From Eledone cirrhosa (taxonomy: Eukaryota), in contig CAXHJY010000105.1 of NCBI GenBank assembly GCA_964016885.1, forward strand, positions 620,001-684,000: a DNA stretch of 64,000 nt. Reading direction: 5' to 3'. A program made the translations under genes and the position numbers. Below, one piece after another: positions 53,875-64,000 of this stretch. The notes beneath the pieces were generated by a model that saw only the letters and a program-made list of their open reading frames with translations, made no database searches and was not told the DNA's origin. The stretch's first letter is position 1. Each line of letters starts with the position of its first letter.

Positions 53875-55886
53875 GTTAGCAGCAGACATTCCATTTACAC
53901 CAAACATTTTATAGGTGTTAGTAGCAGACAATCTATCTAAACCAAACATTTTATAGATGTTAGTAGCAGACAATCTATCTAAACCAAACATTTTATAGAT
54001 GTTAGTAGCAGACAATCTATCTAAACCAAACATTTTATAGGTGTTAGTAGCAGACAATCTATCTAAACCAAACATTTTATAGGTGTTAGTAGCAGACAAT
54101 CTATCTAAACCAAACATTTTATAGATGTTAGTAGCAGACAATCTATCTAAACCAAACATTTTATAGGTGTTAGTAGCAGACAATCTATCTAAACCAAACA
54201 TTTTATAGATGTTAATAGCAGACAATCTATCTAAACCAAACATTTTATAGATGTTAGTAGCAGACAATCTATCTAAACCAAACATTTTATAGATGTTAGT
54301 AGCAGACAATCTATCTAAACCAAACATTTTATAGGTGTTAATAGCAGACAATCTATCTAAACCAAACATTTTATAGATGTTAGTAGCAGACAATCTATCT
54401 AAACCAAACATTTTATAGATGTTAATAGCAGACAATCTATCTAAACCAAACATTTTATAGGTGTTAGTAGCAGACAATCTATCTAAACCAAACATTTTAT
54501 AGATGTTAATAGCAGACAATCTATCTAAACCAAACATTTTATAGATGTTAGTAGCAGACAATCTATCTAAACCAAACATTTTATAGATGTTAGTAGCAGA
54601 CAATCTATCTAAACCAAACATTTTATAGATGTTAGTAGCAGACAATCTATCTAAACCAAACATTTTATAGATGTTAGTAGCAGACAATCTATCTAAACCA
54701 AACATTTTATAGATGTTAGTAGCAGACAATCTATCTAAACCAAACATTTTATAGATGTTAGTAGCAGACAATCTATCTAAACCAAACATTTTATAGATGT
54801 TAGTAGCAGACAATCTATCTAAACCAAACATTTTATAGATGTTAGTAGCAGACAATCTATCTAAACCAAACATTTTATAGATGTTAGTAGCAGACAATCT
54901 ATCTAAACCAAACATTTTATAGATGTTAGTAGCAGACAATCTATCTAAACCAAACATTTTATAGGTGTTAGTAGCAGACAATCTATCTAAACCAAACATT
55001 TTATAGATGTTAGTAGCAGACAATCTATCTAAACCAAACATTTTATAGATGTTAGTAGCAGACAATCTATCTAAACCAAACATTTTATAGATGTTAGTAG
55101 CAGACAATCTATCTAAACCAAACATTTTATAGATGTTAGTAGCAGACAATCTATATAAACCAAACATTTTATAGGTGTTAGTAGCAGACAATCTATCTAA
55201 ACCAAACATTTTATAGATGTTAGTAGCAGACAATCTATCTAAACCAAACATTTTATAGGTGTTAGTAGCAGACAATCTATCTAAACCAAACATTTTATAG
55301 ATGTTAGTAGCAGACAATCTATCTAAACCAAACATTTTATAGGTGTTAGTAGCAGACAATCTATCTAAACCAAACATTTTATAGATGTTAGTAGCAGACA
55401 ATCTATCTAAACCAAACATTTTATAGATGTTAGTAGCAGACAATCTATCTAAACCAAACATTTTATAGATGTTAATAGCAGACAATCTATCTAAACCAAA
55501 CATTTTATAGGTGTTAGTAGCAGACAATCTATCTAAACCAAACATTTTATAGATGTTAGTAGCAGACAATCTATCTAAACCAAACATTTTATAGGTGTTA
55601 GTAGCAGACAATCTATCTAAACCAAACATTTTATAGATGTTAGTAGCAGACAATCTATCTAAACCAAACATTTTATAGATGTTAGTAGCAGACAATCTAT
55701 CTAAACCAAACATTTTATAGATGTTAATAGCAGACAATCTATCTAAACCAAACATTTTATAGGTGTTAGTAGCAGACAATCTATCTAAACCAAACATTTT
55801 ATAGATGTTAGTAGCAGACAATCTATCTAAACCAAACATTTTATAGGTGTTAGTAGCAGACAATCTATCTACACGAAACATTTTAT
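53875..55886. repeat. Satellite 4: 42-bp AT-rich array (GTTAGTAGCAGACAATCTATCTAAACCAAACATTTTATAGAT), ~48 near-identical copies
   Basis: Exact 42-nt periodicity, essentially two polymorphic sites. Confidence 0.98.
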
Positions 55887-55904
55887 AAAAGCAGAATTAC
55901 CCAC

Positions 55905-55969
55905 CTTAATATGCTCTCCCTCTAAATCTGTAATTGTTGTGCGCAAACTACTCTCAAAATTATTGTAAT
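55905..55969 (-). CDS. Host gene coding exon (65 nt): (D)YNNFESSLRTTITDLEGEHIK
   Basis: Strong acceptor ttctcatccttttcctttccAG, donor AAG|GTGGGT. Phase 1 in, phase 0 out joins LEGSTAE. Confidence 0.8.
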
Positions 55970-56100
55970 CTGGAAAGGAAAAGGATGAGAATTAAAAACA
56001 TGTAAATATACCACCAGTATTGATTACATCCATACATCATGGGGGAGCTTCTACACGTCTGCTTGTCTTGCTAGAAACAACCAAATCACACCCCACTGTC

Positions 56101-56345
56101 ATATATATATATATACCAATTGATCAACAAGCTCCCAGACTTCATTCACTTACCAAGTAGGGTAGAACTTGTCAAATTGGAGCAAGGAAACAATGTTTTC
56201 ATTGTTGATACTATCGGCCTGTTGCAACTCCTGGCAGAAGGTGCAACATTAAATAAAGTGTCTTGCACATCACCTGGTCCAGGAATGAAACTCATAACCT
56301 CACGATTGTGAATCCAATTCCTAAACCAATCATCCACGTGCCCTC
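56101..56345 (-). mobile_element. tRNA-SINE insertion with (TA)n tail, apparently nested in another dispersed repeat
   Basis: Head GAGGGCACGTGG..TGGTTTAGG..GAGTTTCATTCC..GCAAGACACTTTATTT; flanked by an imperfect 7-bp duplication CACTGTC/CATTGTC. Confidence 0.6.
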
Positions 56346-56689
56346 ATTGTCTTAAAGAAGGACAAATTAGATAGAGTAGTCCTAGATTTACTGGAGAGTC
56401 ATGGTTGGAATGTCTTTGATTCCAGGTCTCTTCAATGAGGACTGACTTGGGAGTGAAACAACACACAATGAATAACAAGTTACTAAAACTAATTAACTTC
56501 AGCCCTTTTGATACCAGACTTGGAACTGCCCCTGGTTCTATGAGTTAATCCCCTAACCCCTGATAGAGTTGTAGGGGCACCATAGTGACATATGGCGTTT
56601 CTTGGACATTTTCAAACCTAGCATAAACCATCTCCTCTCCAGGTTTCTTCCAGAGAAGGAGAGAGAGTGAAAGAGATATAGAGGAAGAA

Positions 56690-56757
56690 TAGACCCCAGT
56701 AGTAGACTAGTACTTTATTTTATCAACCTCAAATGAATGAAAGGCAAGTTTAACCTC
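56690..56757 (-). mobile_element. SINE fragment, same family as 14310-14600
   Basis: GACCCCAGT...AGTACTTTATTTTATCAACC...ATGAAAGGCAAGTT. Confidence 0.6.
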
Positions 56758-56828
56758 TATGATACAAAACTATATTTTAAAGTGTTTATATTTATCTAAA
56801 TACTTTCCATCATAATTTTATGTAAGAA

Positions 56829-57054
56829 TGGCTGAGTATTCCACAGATGTCACATCAATGTAATTCTCTGCCAACACTAGCGTATGTGGCAAGGCTGGTA
56901 CGATCTAACAGGTGTCAATACACTATCCATCAATTATACTCAAGGCTTGGGAGTGACAAAATAACAGTGTAAAGGAATTGTGCCAGTGACCCAGAAGTTG
57001 AGGTGTATACCAAACACCAGCTTAAGTTAGTTATGTCTGTGGAATACTCAGCCA
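56829..57054. mobile_element. MITE-like element, 226 bp, with perfect 19-bp terminal inverted repeats
   Basis: TGGCTGAGTATTCCACAGA (56829-56847) and TCTGTGGAATACTCAGCCA (57036-57054). Confidence 0.65.
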
Positions 57055-57182
57055 GTTTAAGTTAGTTACTAAATATCACCAAATTTTGGATTTTCACAAT
57101 TATTTGAAAATCATCATAAGCACTGTCATTAGAAACGACACATTCTTTATTATTAGAAATTATCCAACTTGTTAATGAGATA

Positions 57183-60100
57183 ACTACCAGAGAAGTTCCT
57201 AGTAGATCTAATTAGGATGTGACAGCAGGAAGTATCACAGTTGACATCTTAAGACTACCAGAGAAGTTCCTAGTAGATCTAATTAGGATGTGACAGCAGG
57301 AAGTATCACAGTTGACATCTTAAGACTACCAGAGAAGTTCCTAGTAGATCTAATTAGGATGTGACAGCAGGAAGTATCACAGTTGACATCTTAAGACTAC
57401 CAGAGAAGTTCCTAGTAGATCTAATTAGGATGTGACAGCAGGAAGTATCACAGTTGACATCTTAAGACTACCAGAGAAGTTCCTAGTGCATCTAATTAGG
57501 ATGTGACAGCAGGAAGTATCACAGTTGACATCTTAAGACTACCAGAGAAGTTCCTAGTAGATCTAATTAGGATGTGACAGCAGGAAGTATCACAGTTGAC
57601 ATCTTAAGACTACCAGAGAAGTTCCTAGTAGATCTAATTAGGATGTGACAGCAGGAAGTATCACAGTTGACATCTTAAGACTACCAGAGAAGTTCCTAGT
57701 AGATATTATTAGGATGTGACAGCAGGAAGTATCACAGTTGACATCTTAAGACTACCAGAGAAGTTCCTAGTAGATCTAATTAGGATGTGACAGCAGGAAG
57801 TATCACAGTTGACATCTTAAGACTACCAGAGAAGTTCCTAGTGCATCTAATTAGGATGTGACAGCAGGAAGTATCACAGTTGACATCTTAAGACTACCAG
57901 AGAAGTTCCTAGTAGATCTAATTAGGATGTGACAGCAGGAAGTATCACAGTTGACATCTTAAGACTACCAGAGAAGTTCCTAGTGCATCTAATTAGGATG
58001 TGACAGCAGGAAGTATCACAGTTGACATCTTAAGACTACCAGAGAAGTTCCTAGTAGATCTAATTAGGATGTGACAGCAGGAAGTATCACAGTTGACATC
58101 TTAAGACTACCAGAGAAGTTCCTAGTAGATCTAATTAGGATGTGACAGCAGGAAGTATCACAGTTGACATCTTAAGACTACCAGAGAAGTTCCTAGTGCA
58201 TCTAATTAGGATGTGACAGCAGGAAGTATCACAGTTGACATTTTAAGACTACCAGAGAAGTTCCTAGTAGATCTAATTAGGATGTGACAGCAGGAAGTAT
58301 CACAGTTGACATCTTAAGACTACCAGAGAAGTTCCTAGTAGATCTAATTAGGATGTGACAGCAGGAAGTATCACAGTTGACATCTTAAGACTACCAGAGA
58401 AGTTCCTAGTGCATCTAATTAGGATGTGACAGCAGGAAGTATCACAGTTGACATCTTAAGACTACCAGAGAAGTTCCTAGTAGATCTAATTAGGATGTGA
58501 CAGCAGGAAGTATCACAGTTGACATCTTAAGACTACCAGAGAAGTTCCTAGTAGATCTAATTAGGATGTGACAGCAGGAAGTATCACAGTTGACATCTTA
58601 AGACTACCAGAGAAGTTCCTAGTAGATCTAATTAGGATGTGACAGCAGGAAGTATCACAGTTGACATCTTAAGACTACAAGAGAAGTTCCTAGTAGATCT
58701 AATTAGGATGTGACAGCAGGAAGTATCACAGTTGACATCTTAAGACTACCAGAGAAGTTCCTAGTAGATCTAATTAGGATGTGACAGCAGGAAGTATCAC
58801 AGTTGACATCTTAAGACTACCAGAGAAGTTCCTAGTAGATCTAATTAGGATGTGACAGCAGGAAGTATCACAGTTGACATCTTAAGACTACCAGAGAAGT
58901 TCCTAGTGCATCTAATTAGGATGTGACAGCAGGAAGTATCACAGTTGACATCTTAAGACTACCAGAGAAGTTCCTAGTAGATCTAATTAGGATGTGACAG
59001 CAGGAAGTATCACAGTTGACATCTTAAGACTACCAGAGAAGTTCCTAGTAGATCTAATTAGGATGTGACAGCAGGAAGTATCACAGTTGACATCTTAAGA
59101 CTACCAGAGAAGTTCCTAGTGCATCTAATTAGGATGTGACAGCAGGAAGTATCACAGTTGACATCTTAAGACTACCAGAGAAGTTCCTAGTAGATCTAAT
59201 TAGGATGTGACAGCAGGAAGTATCACAGTTGACATCTTAAGACTACCAGAGAAGTTCCTAGTGCATCTAATTAGGATGTGACAGCAGGAAGTATCACAGT
59301 TGACATCTTAAGACTACCAGAGAAGTTCCTAGTAGATCTAATTAGGATGTGACAGCAGGAAGTATCACAGTTGACATCTTAAGACTACCAGAGAAGTTCC
59401 TAGTAGATCTAATTAGGATGTGACAGCAGGAAGTATCACAGTTGACATCTTAAGACTACCAGAGAAGTTCCTAGTGCATCTAATTAGGATGTGACAGCAG
59501 GAAGTATCACAGTTGACATCTTAAGACTACCAGAGAAGTTCCTAGTAGATCTAATTAGGATGTGACAGCAGGAAGTATCACAGTTGACATCTTAAGACTA
59601 CCAGAGAAGTTCCTAGTAGATCTAATTAGGATGTGACAGCAGGAAGTATCACAGTTGACATCTTAAGACTACAAGAGAAGTTCCTAGTGCATCTAATTAG
59701 GATGTGACAGCAGGAAGTATCACAGTTGACATCTTAAGACTACAAGAGAAGTTCCTAGTAGATCTAATTAGGATGTGACAGCAGGAAGTATCACAGTTGA
59801 CATCTTAAGACTACAAGAGAAGTTCCTAGTGCATCTAATTAGGATGTGACAGCAGGAAGTATCACAGTTGACATCTTAAGACTACCAGAGAAGTTCCTAG
59901 TAGATCTAATTAGGATGTGACAGCAGGAAGTATCACAGTTGACATCTTAAGACTACCAGAGAAGTTCCTAGTAGATCTAATTAGGATGTGACAGCAGGAA
60001 GTATCACAGTTGACATCTTAAGACTACCAGAGAAGTTCCTAGTAGATCTAATTAGGATGTGACAGCAGGAAGTATCACAGTTGACATCTTAAGACTACCA

Positions 60101-60338
60101 GAGAAGTTCCTAGTGCATCTAATTAGGATGTGACAGCAGGAAGTATCACAGTTGACATCTTAAGACTACAAGAGAAGTTCCTAGTAGATCTAATTAGGAT
60201 GTGACAGCAGGAAGTATCACAGTTGACATCTTAAGACTACCAGAGAAGTTCCTAGTAGATCTAATTAGGATGTGACAGCAGGAAGTATCACAGTTGACAT
60301 CTTAAGACTACCAGAGAAGTTCCTAGTGCATCTAATTA
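57183..60338. repeat. Satellite 5: 71-bp array (ACTACCAGAGAAGTTCCTAGTAGATCTAATTAGGATGTGACAGCAGGAAGTATCACAGTTGACATCTTAAG), ~44 copies
   Basis: Exact 71-nt periodicity; AG/GC and C/A variants. Confidence 0.98.
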
Positions 60339-60383
60339 AGTAAAGAATTAATTCTCTTAAATAATTTAGCCAATAATTTACAC

Positions 60384-60432
60384 CTAATTTTCCATTTTCC
60401 AGCCATTTGTTTGCAGAAACATCTTTACTCAT
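60384..60432 (-). CDS. Probable first coding exon of the host gene: MSKDVSANKWLENGKL(D); exon 60459-60384 including 27 nt 5'UTR
   Basis: Branch-like gctaat plus tttttgtaaAG acceptor, in-frame upstream TAA, aaaactATG context. Phase-1 donor AG|GTGTAA is weak, but joining to exon 55969 creates an EF-loop-like NGKLDYNNF. Confidence 0.5.
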
Positions 60433-60817
60433 AGTTTTAATGGAGAATTAAATTGAAGACTTTACAAAAAGATTAGCATTGTTTTATGTTTTGATTACAT
60501 TTGAAATGTTGAAAACAAAACACAGAATCACTACAATATCATCATCATCATCATCATCATCATAGCATTAGAAAATCAGGTAAAATATATTTAGGGACAG
60601 AAAATAAATGACTAGTGAATCTGGGTCTCAATTTCAACATTTTTAGTTTGAAATCATCCAAAAGGCCTTAATAAATCATCAGATTTATTTATGTCAGCAA
60701 TTGAGGGGTAAAATAGAGTTCTGGGAAAGAGAGTCTGGGCAAGAGATTTAATGTCAGGTCTAAAGGAGAGACAGTGGGGGTTAGGTGGATAAGGTGAATG
60801 TGTTCAATTGGAAATAG

Positions 60818-61020
60818 TGAAGGTGCATGGCTTAGTGGTTAGAGTGTCAGGCTTGCAATTGGGAGGTTGTGAGTTTGATTCCCCGAGCAGGTTATGTGTT
60901 GTCTTGCAACAAGACACTATATTTCACGTTGCTCCAGTTTACTCAGCTGTATATATGAGTTGTGGTGTTACTGGTGCCAACCTGTATCGGCCATAGCCTT
61001 TCCATTGGACAACATCACAA
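60818..61020 (+). mobile_element. tRNA-derived SINE, truncated where the LINE 3' end begins
   Basis: A box TGGCTTAGTGG, B box GAGTTTGATTC, body CAAGACACTATATTTCACGTTGCTCCAGTTTACTCAGCTGT. Confidence 0.8.
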
Positions 61021-64000
61021 ATATAATAATAATGAAATTATTGTGTACAGTGCTCAGGTGCACTACAACTCGTCAAAGGTGTATATATAGTACACAGAAT
61101 AATACACAAATGTCAGGGAAGAGAATAGTGTATGAGTTATGATATACACGTGTGTATGTCTATGGAGGGGGAACATTAGGTGTAGTGTTGGCAGATCTCG
61201 GGAAGCATGGAGGCCTTAAAGGATGCAGTGTCTCGACAGCTAACAACTGATGAAGGTAGTTTGTTCCATGGAGGCCTTAAAGGATGCAGTGTCTCGACAG
61301 CTAACAACTGATGCAGGGAGTTTGTTCCATGGAGGTTTTAAAGGATGCAGTGTCTCGACAGCTAACAACTGATGCAGGGAGTTTGTTCCATGGAGGTTTT
61401 AAAGGATGCAGTCTCTGGACAGCTAACAACTGATGCAGGGAGTTTGTTCCTTGAAGGTTTTAAAGGATGCAGTGTCTCGACAGCTAACAACTGATGCAGG
61501 GAGTTTGTTCCATGGAGGTTTTAAAGGATGCAGTGTCTCGACAGCTAACAACTGATGCAGGGAGTTTGTTCCATGGAGGTTTTAAAGGATGCAGTGTCTC
61601 GACAGCTAACAACTGATGCAGGTAGTTTGTTCCATGGAGGTTTTAAAGGATGCAGTGTCTCGACAGCTAACAACTGATGCAGGGAGTTTGTTCCATGGAG
61701 GTTTTAAAGGATGCAATGTCTCGACAGCTAACAACTGATGCAGGTAGTTTGTTCCATGGAGGTTTTAAAGGATGCAGTGTCTCGACAGCTAACAACTGAT
61801 GCAGGGAGTTTGTTCCATGGAGGTTTTAAAGGATGCAGTCTCTGGACAGCTAACAACTGATGCAGGGAGTTTGTTCCTTGAAGGTTTTAAAGGATGCAGT
61901 GTCTCGACAGCTAACAACTGATGCAGGGAGTTTGTTCCATGGAGGTTTTAAAGGATGCAGTCTCTGGACAGCTAACAACTGATGCAGGGAGTTTGTTCCT
62001 TGAAGGTTTTAAAGGATGCAGTGTCTCGACAGCTAACAACTGATGCAGGGAGTTTGTTCCATGGAGGTTTTAAAGGATGCAGTGTCTCGACAGCTAACAA
62101 CTGATGCAGGGAGTTTGTTCCATGGAGGTTTTAAAGGATGCAGTGTCTCGACAGCTAACAACTGATGCAGGTAGTTTGTTCCATGGAGGTTTTAAAGGAT
62201 GCAGTGTCTCGACAGCTAACAACTGATGCAGGGAGTTTGTTCCATGGAGGTTTTAAAGGATGCAATGTCTCGACAGCTAACAACTGATGCAGGGAGTTTG
62301 TTCCATGGAGGTTTTAAAGGATGCAGTGTCTTGACAGCTAATAACTGATGTAGGGAGTTTGTTCCATGGAGGTTTTAAAGGATGCAGTCTCTGGACAGCT
62401 AACAACTGATGCAGGGAGTTTGTTCCATGAAGGTTTTAAAGGATGCAGTGTCTCGACAGCTAACAACTGATGCAGGTAGTTTGTTCCATGGAGGTTTTAA
62501 AGGATGCAGTGTCTCGACAGCTAACAACTGATGCAGGGAGTTTGTTCCATGGAGGTTTTAAAGGATGCAGTGTCTTGACAGCTAACAACTGATGCAGGGA
62601 GTTTGTTCCATGGAGGTTTTAAAGGATGCAATGTCTCGACAGCTAACAACTGATGCAGGTAGTTTGTTCCATGGAGGTTTTAAAGGATGCAGTGTTTTGA
62701 CAGCTAACAACTGATGCAGGTAGTTTGTTCCATGGAGGTTTTAAAGGATGCAGTGTCTCGACAGCTCACAACTGATGCAGGTAGTTTGTTCCATGAAGGT
62801 TTTAAAGGATGCAGTGTCTCGACAGCTAACAACTGATGCAGGTAGTTTGTTCCATGGAGGTTTTAAAGGGATGCAGTGTCTCGACAGCTAATAACTGATG
62901 CAGGTAGTTTGTTCCATGGAGGTTTTAAAGGATGCAGTGTCTCGACAGCTAATAACTGATGCAGGTAGTTTGTTCCATGGAGGTTTTAAAGGGATGCAGT
63001 GTCTCGACAGCTAATAACTGATGCAGGTAGTTTGTTCCATGGAGGTTTTAAAGGGATGCAGTGTCTCGACAGCTAATAACTGATGCAGGTAGTTTGTTCC
63101 ATGGAGGTTTTAAAGGATGCAGTGTCTCGACAGCTAACAACTGATGAAGGTAGTTTGTTCCATGGAGGTTTTAAAGGATGCAGTGTCTCGACAGCTAACA
63201 ACTGATGTAGGTAGTTTGTTCCATGGAGGTTTTAAAGGGTGCAGTGTCTTGGTAGCTAATAACTGATGCAGATAGTTTGTTCCATGGAGGTTTTAAAGGA
63301 TGCAGTGTCTCGACAGCTACCAACTGATGCAGGTAGTTTGTTCCATTGAGGTTTTAAAGGATGCAGTGTCTCGACAGCTAACAACTGATGCAGGTAGTCT
63401 GTTCCATACTTCAGCAACTCTGAGCGTGAAAAATTGTTTCCGAAAGTCATGGGAACTGTGCTGTTTTCAGACTTTGTGGGCATGCCCACATGTGTTAGAC
63501 ACATGGAAATCAAAAAGGTACTCAGGGTTGTTGTTGGCAAGATGGTAAATAATTTTGTGAGTGTTTACCAAGTCAGTTGCCAGACGTCGGAGCTTCAATG
63601 TATCCATGCCCAGGGAAGCAAGGCGTTCAGAGTATGGTAGATACCTGATGGAGGGTATTCACTTGGTTGCACGTCTCTGAACAGTTTCCAGGCGGTCAAT
63701 GTTCTGAACAAGATAGGGATTCCAGACTGGTGATGTAATTTCAAAGTGTGGACACACCATAGCTATGTACAGCTTTAAATAGATAGCTGGAGAGCGGCTG
63801 ACAAAGGTCTTGCTGAGTGATGCTAAGACACCCTAGGCCTTCTTGACAATTTTAGAGACGTGCTTCGTCCAACGCAAATCACTGCTGACCGTAAAGCCCA
63901 GGTCACGTTCACAAGAAGACTTCTTGATATTAGTGTTGTGGAGGGAGTATGTGGAAGCTGGGTTTTTACTCCCAAAATGCATGGTGGTGCTCTTGTCCAC
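61021..64000 (-). mobile_element. CR1-like LINE 3' portion (ORF2 RT C-terminus with stops, 3'UTR, (ATT)n tail), interrupted by an internal satellite
   Basis: Minus strand ..CERDLGFTVSSDLRWTKHV..LYIAMVCPHFEITSPVWNPY..LETVQRRATK..YSERLASLG..RKQFFTLRVAEVWNRLPASVV..FK; tail TTCATTATTATTAT near 61021. Confidence 0.88.
61206..63407. repeat. Satellite 6: 61-bp array, ~36 copies, amplified from LINE ORF2 (WNKLPASVVSCRDTASFKTS)
   Basis: Unit CATGGAGGTTTTAAAGGATGCAGTGTCTCGACAGCTAACAACTGATGCAGGGAGTTTGTTC is continuous with LINE sequence on both sides. Confidence 0.95.

Noticed and set aside
53875-63407. Regular 42/71/61-bp arrays as CRISPR
   Set aside because: No unique spacers, no cas genes, eukaryotic context.
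61206-63407. CTGATG in the satellite 6 unit as a satellite hammerhead
   Set aside because: No GAAA core; the sequence is explained as antisense LINE ORF2.

Overview
Eukaryotic genomic DNA, most likely an octopod cephalopod (inferred from recalled SINE families, RTE (ATG)n tails and (TA)n density). About 55 of 64 kb is six unrelated tandem satellites (27, 42, 57, 42, 71 and 61 bp units), and nearly all ORFs in the supplied track are artefacts of them. The short unique islands hold the exons of one minus-strand spliced gene. Exons 55969-55905, 41071-40995, 39849-39792, 15233-15061 and 13812-13682 join in phase, probably preceded by 60432-60384. They give ~184 aa with a degenerate EF-hand pair (ninein/KASH5-like by eye); the gene continues left of the window. 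Each large intron carries its own satellite, usually abutting a splice site. The 22.5 kb array is an amplified copy of the gene's own 3' splice site: ~530 units keep a CACTAAC branch-point motif and a pyrimidine tract but lack the AG. Also present: a Penelope-like element with a hammerhead ribozyme, a second intronic hammerhead, a CR1-like LINE containing a satellite made from its own coding sequence, RTE ends, tRNA-SINEs and a MITE.
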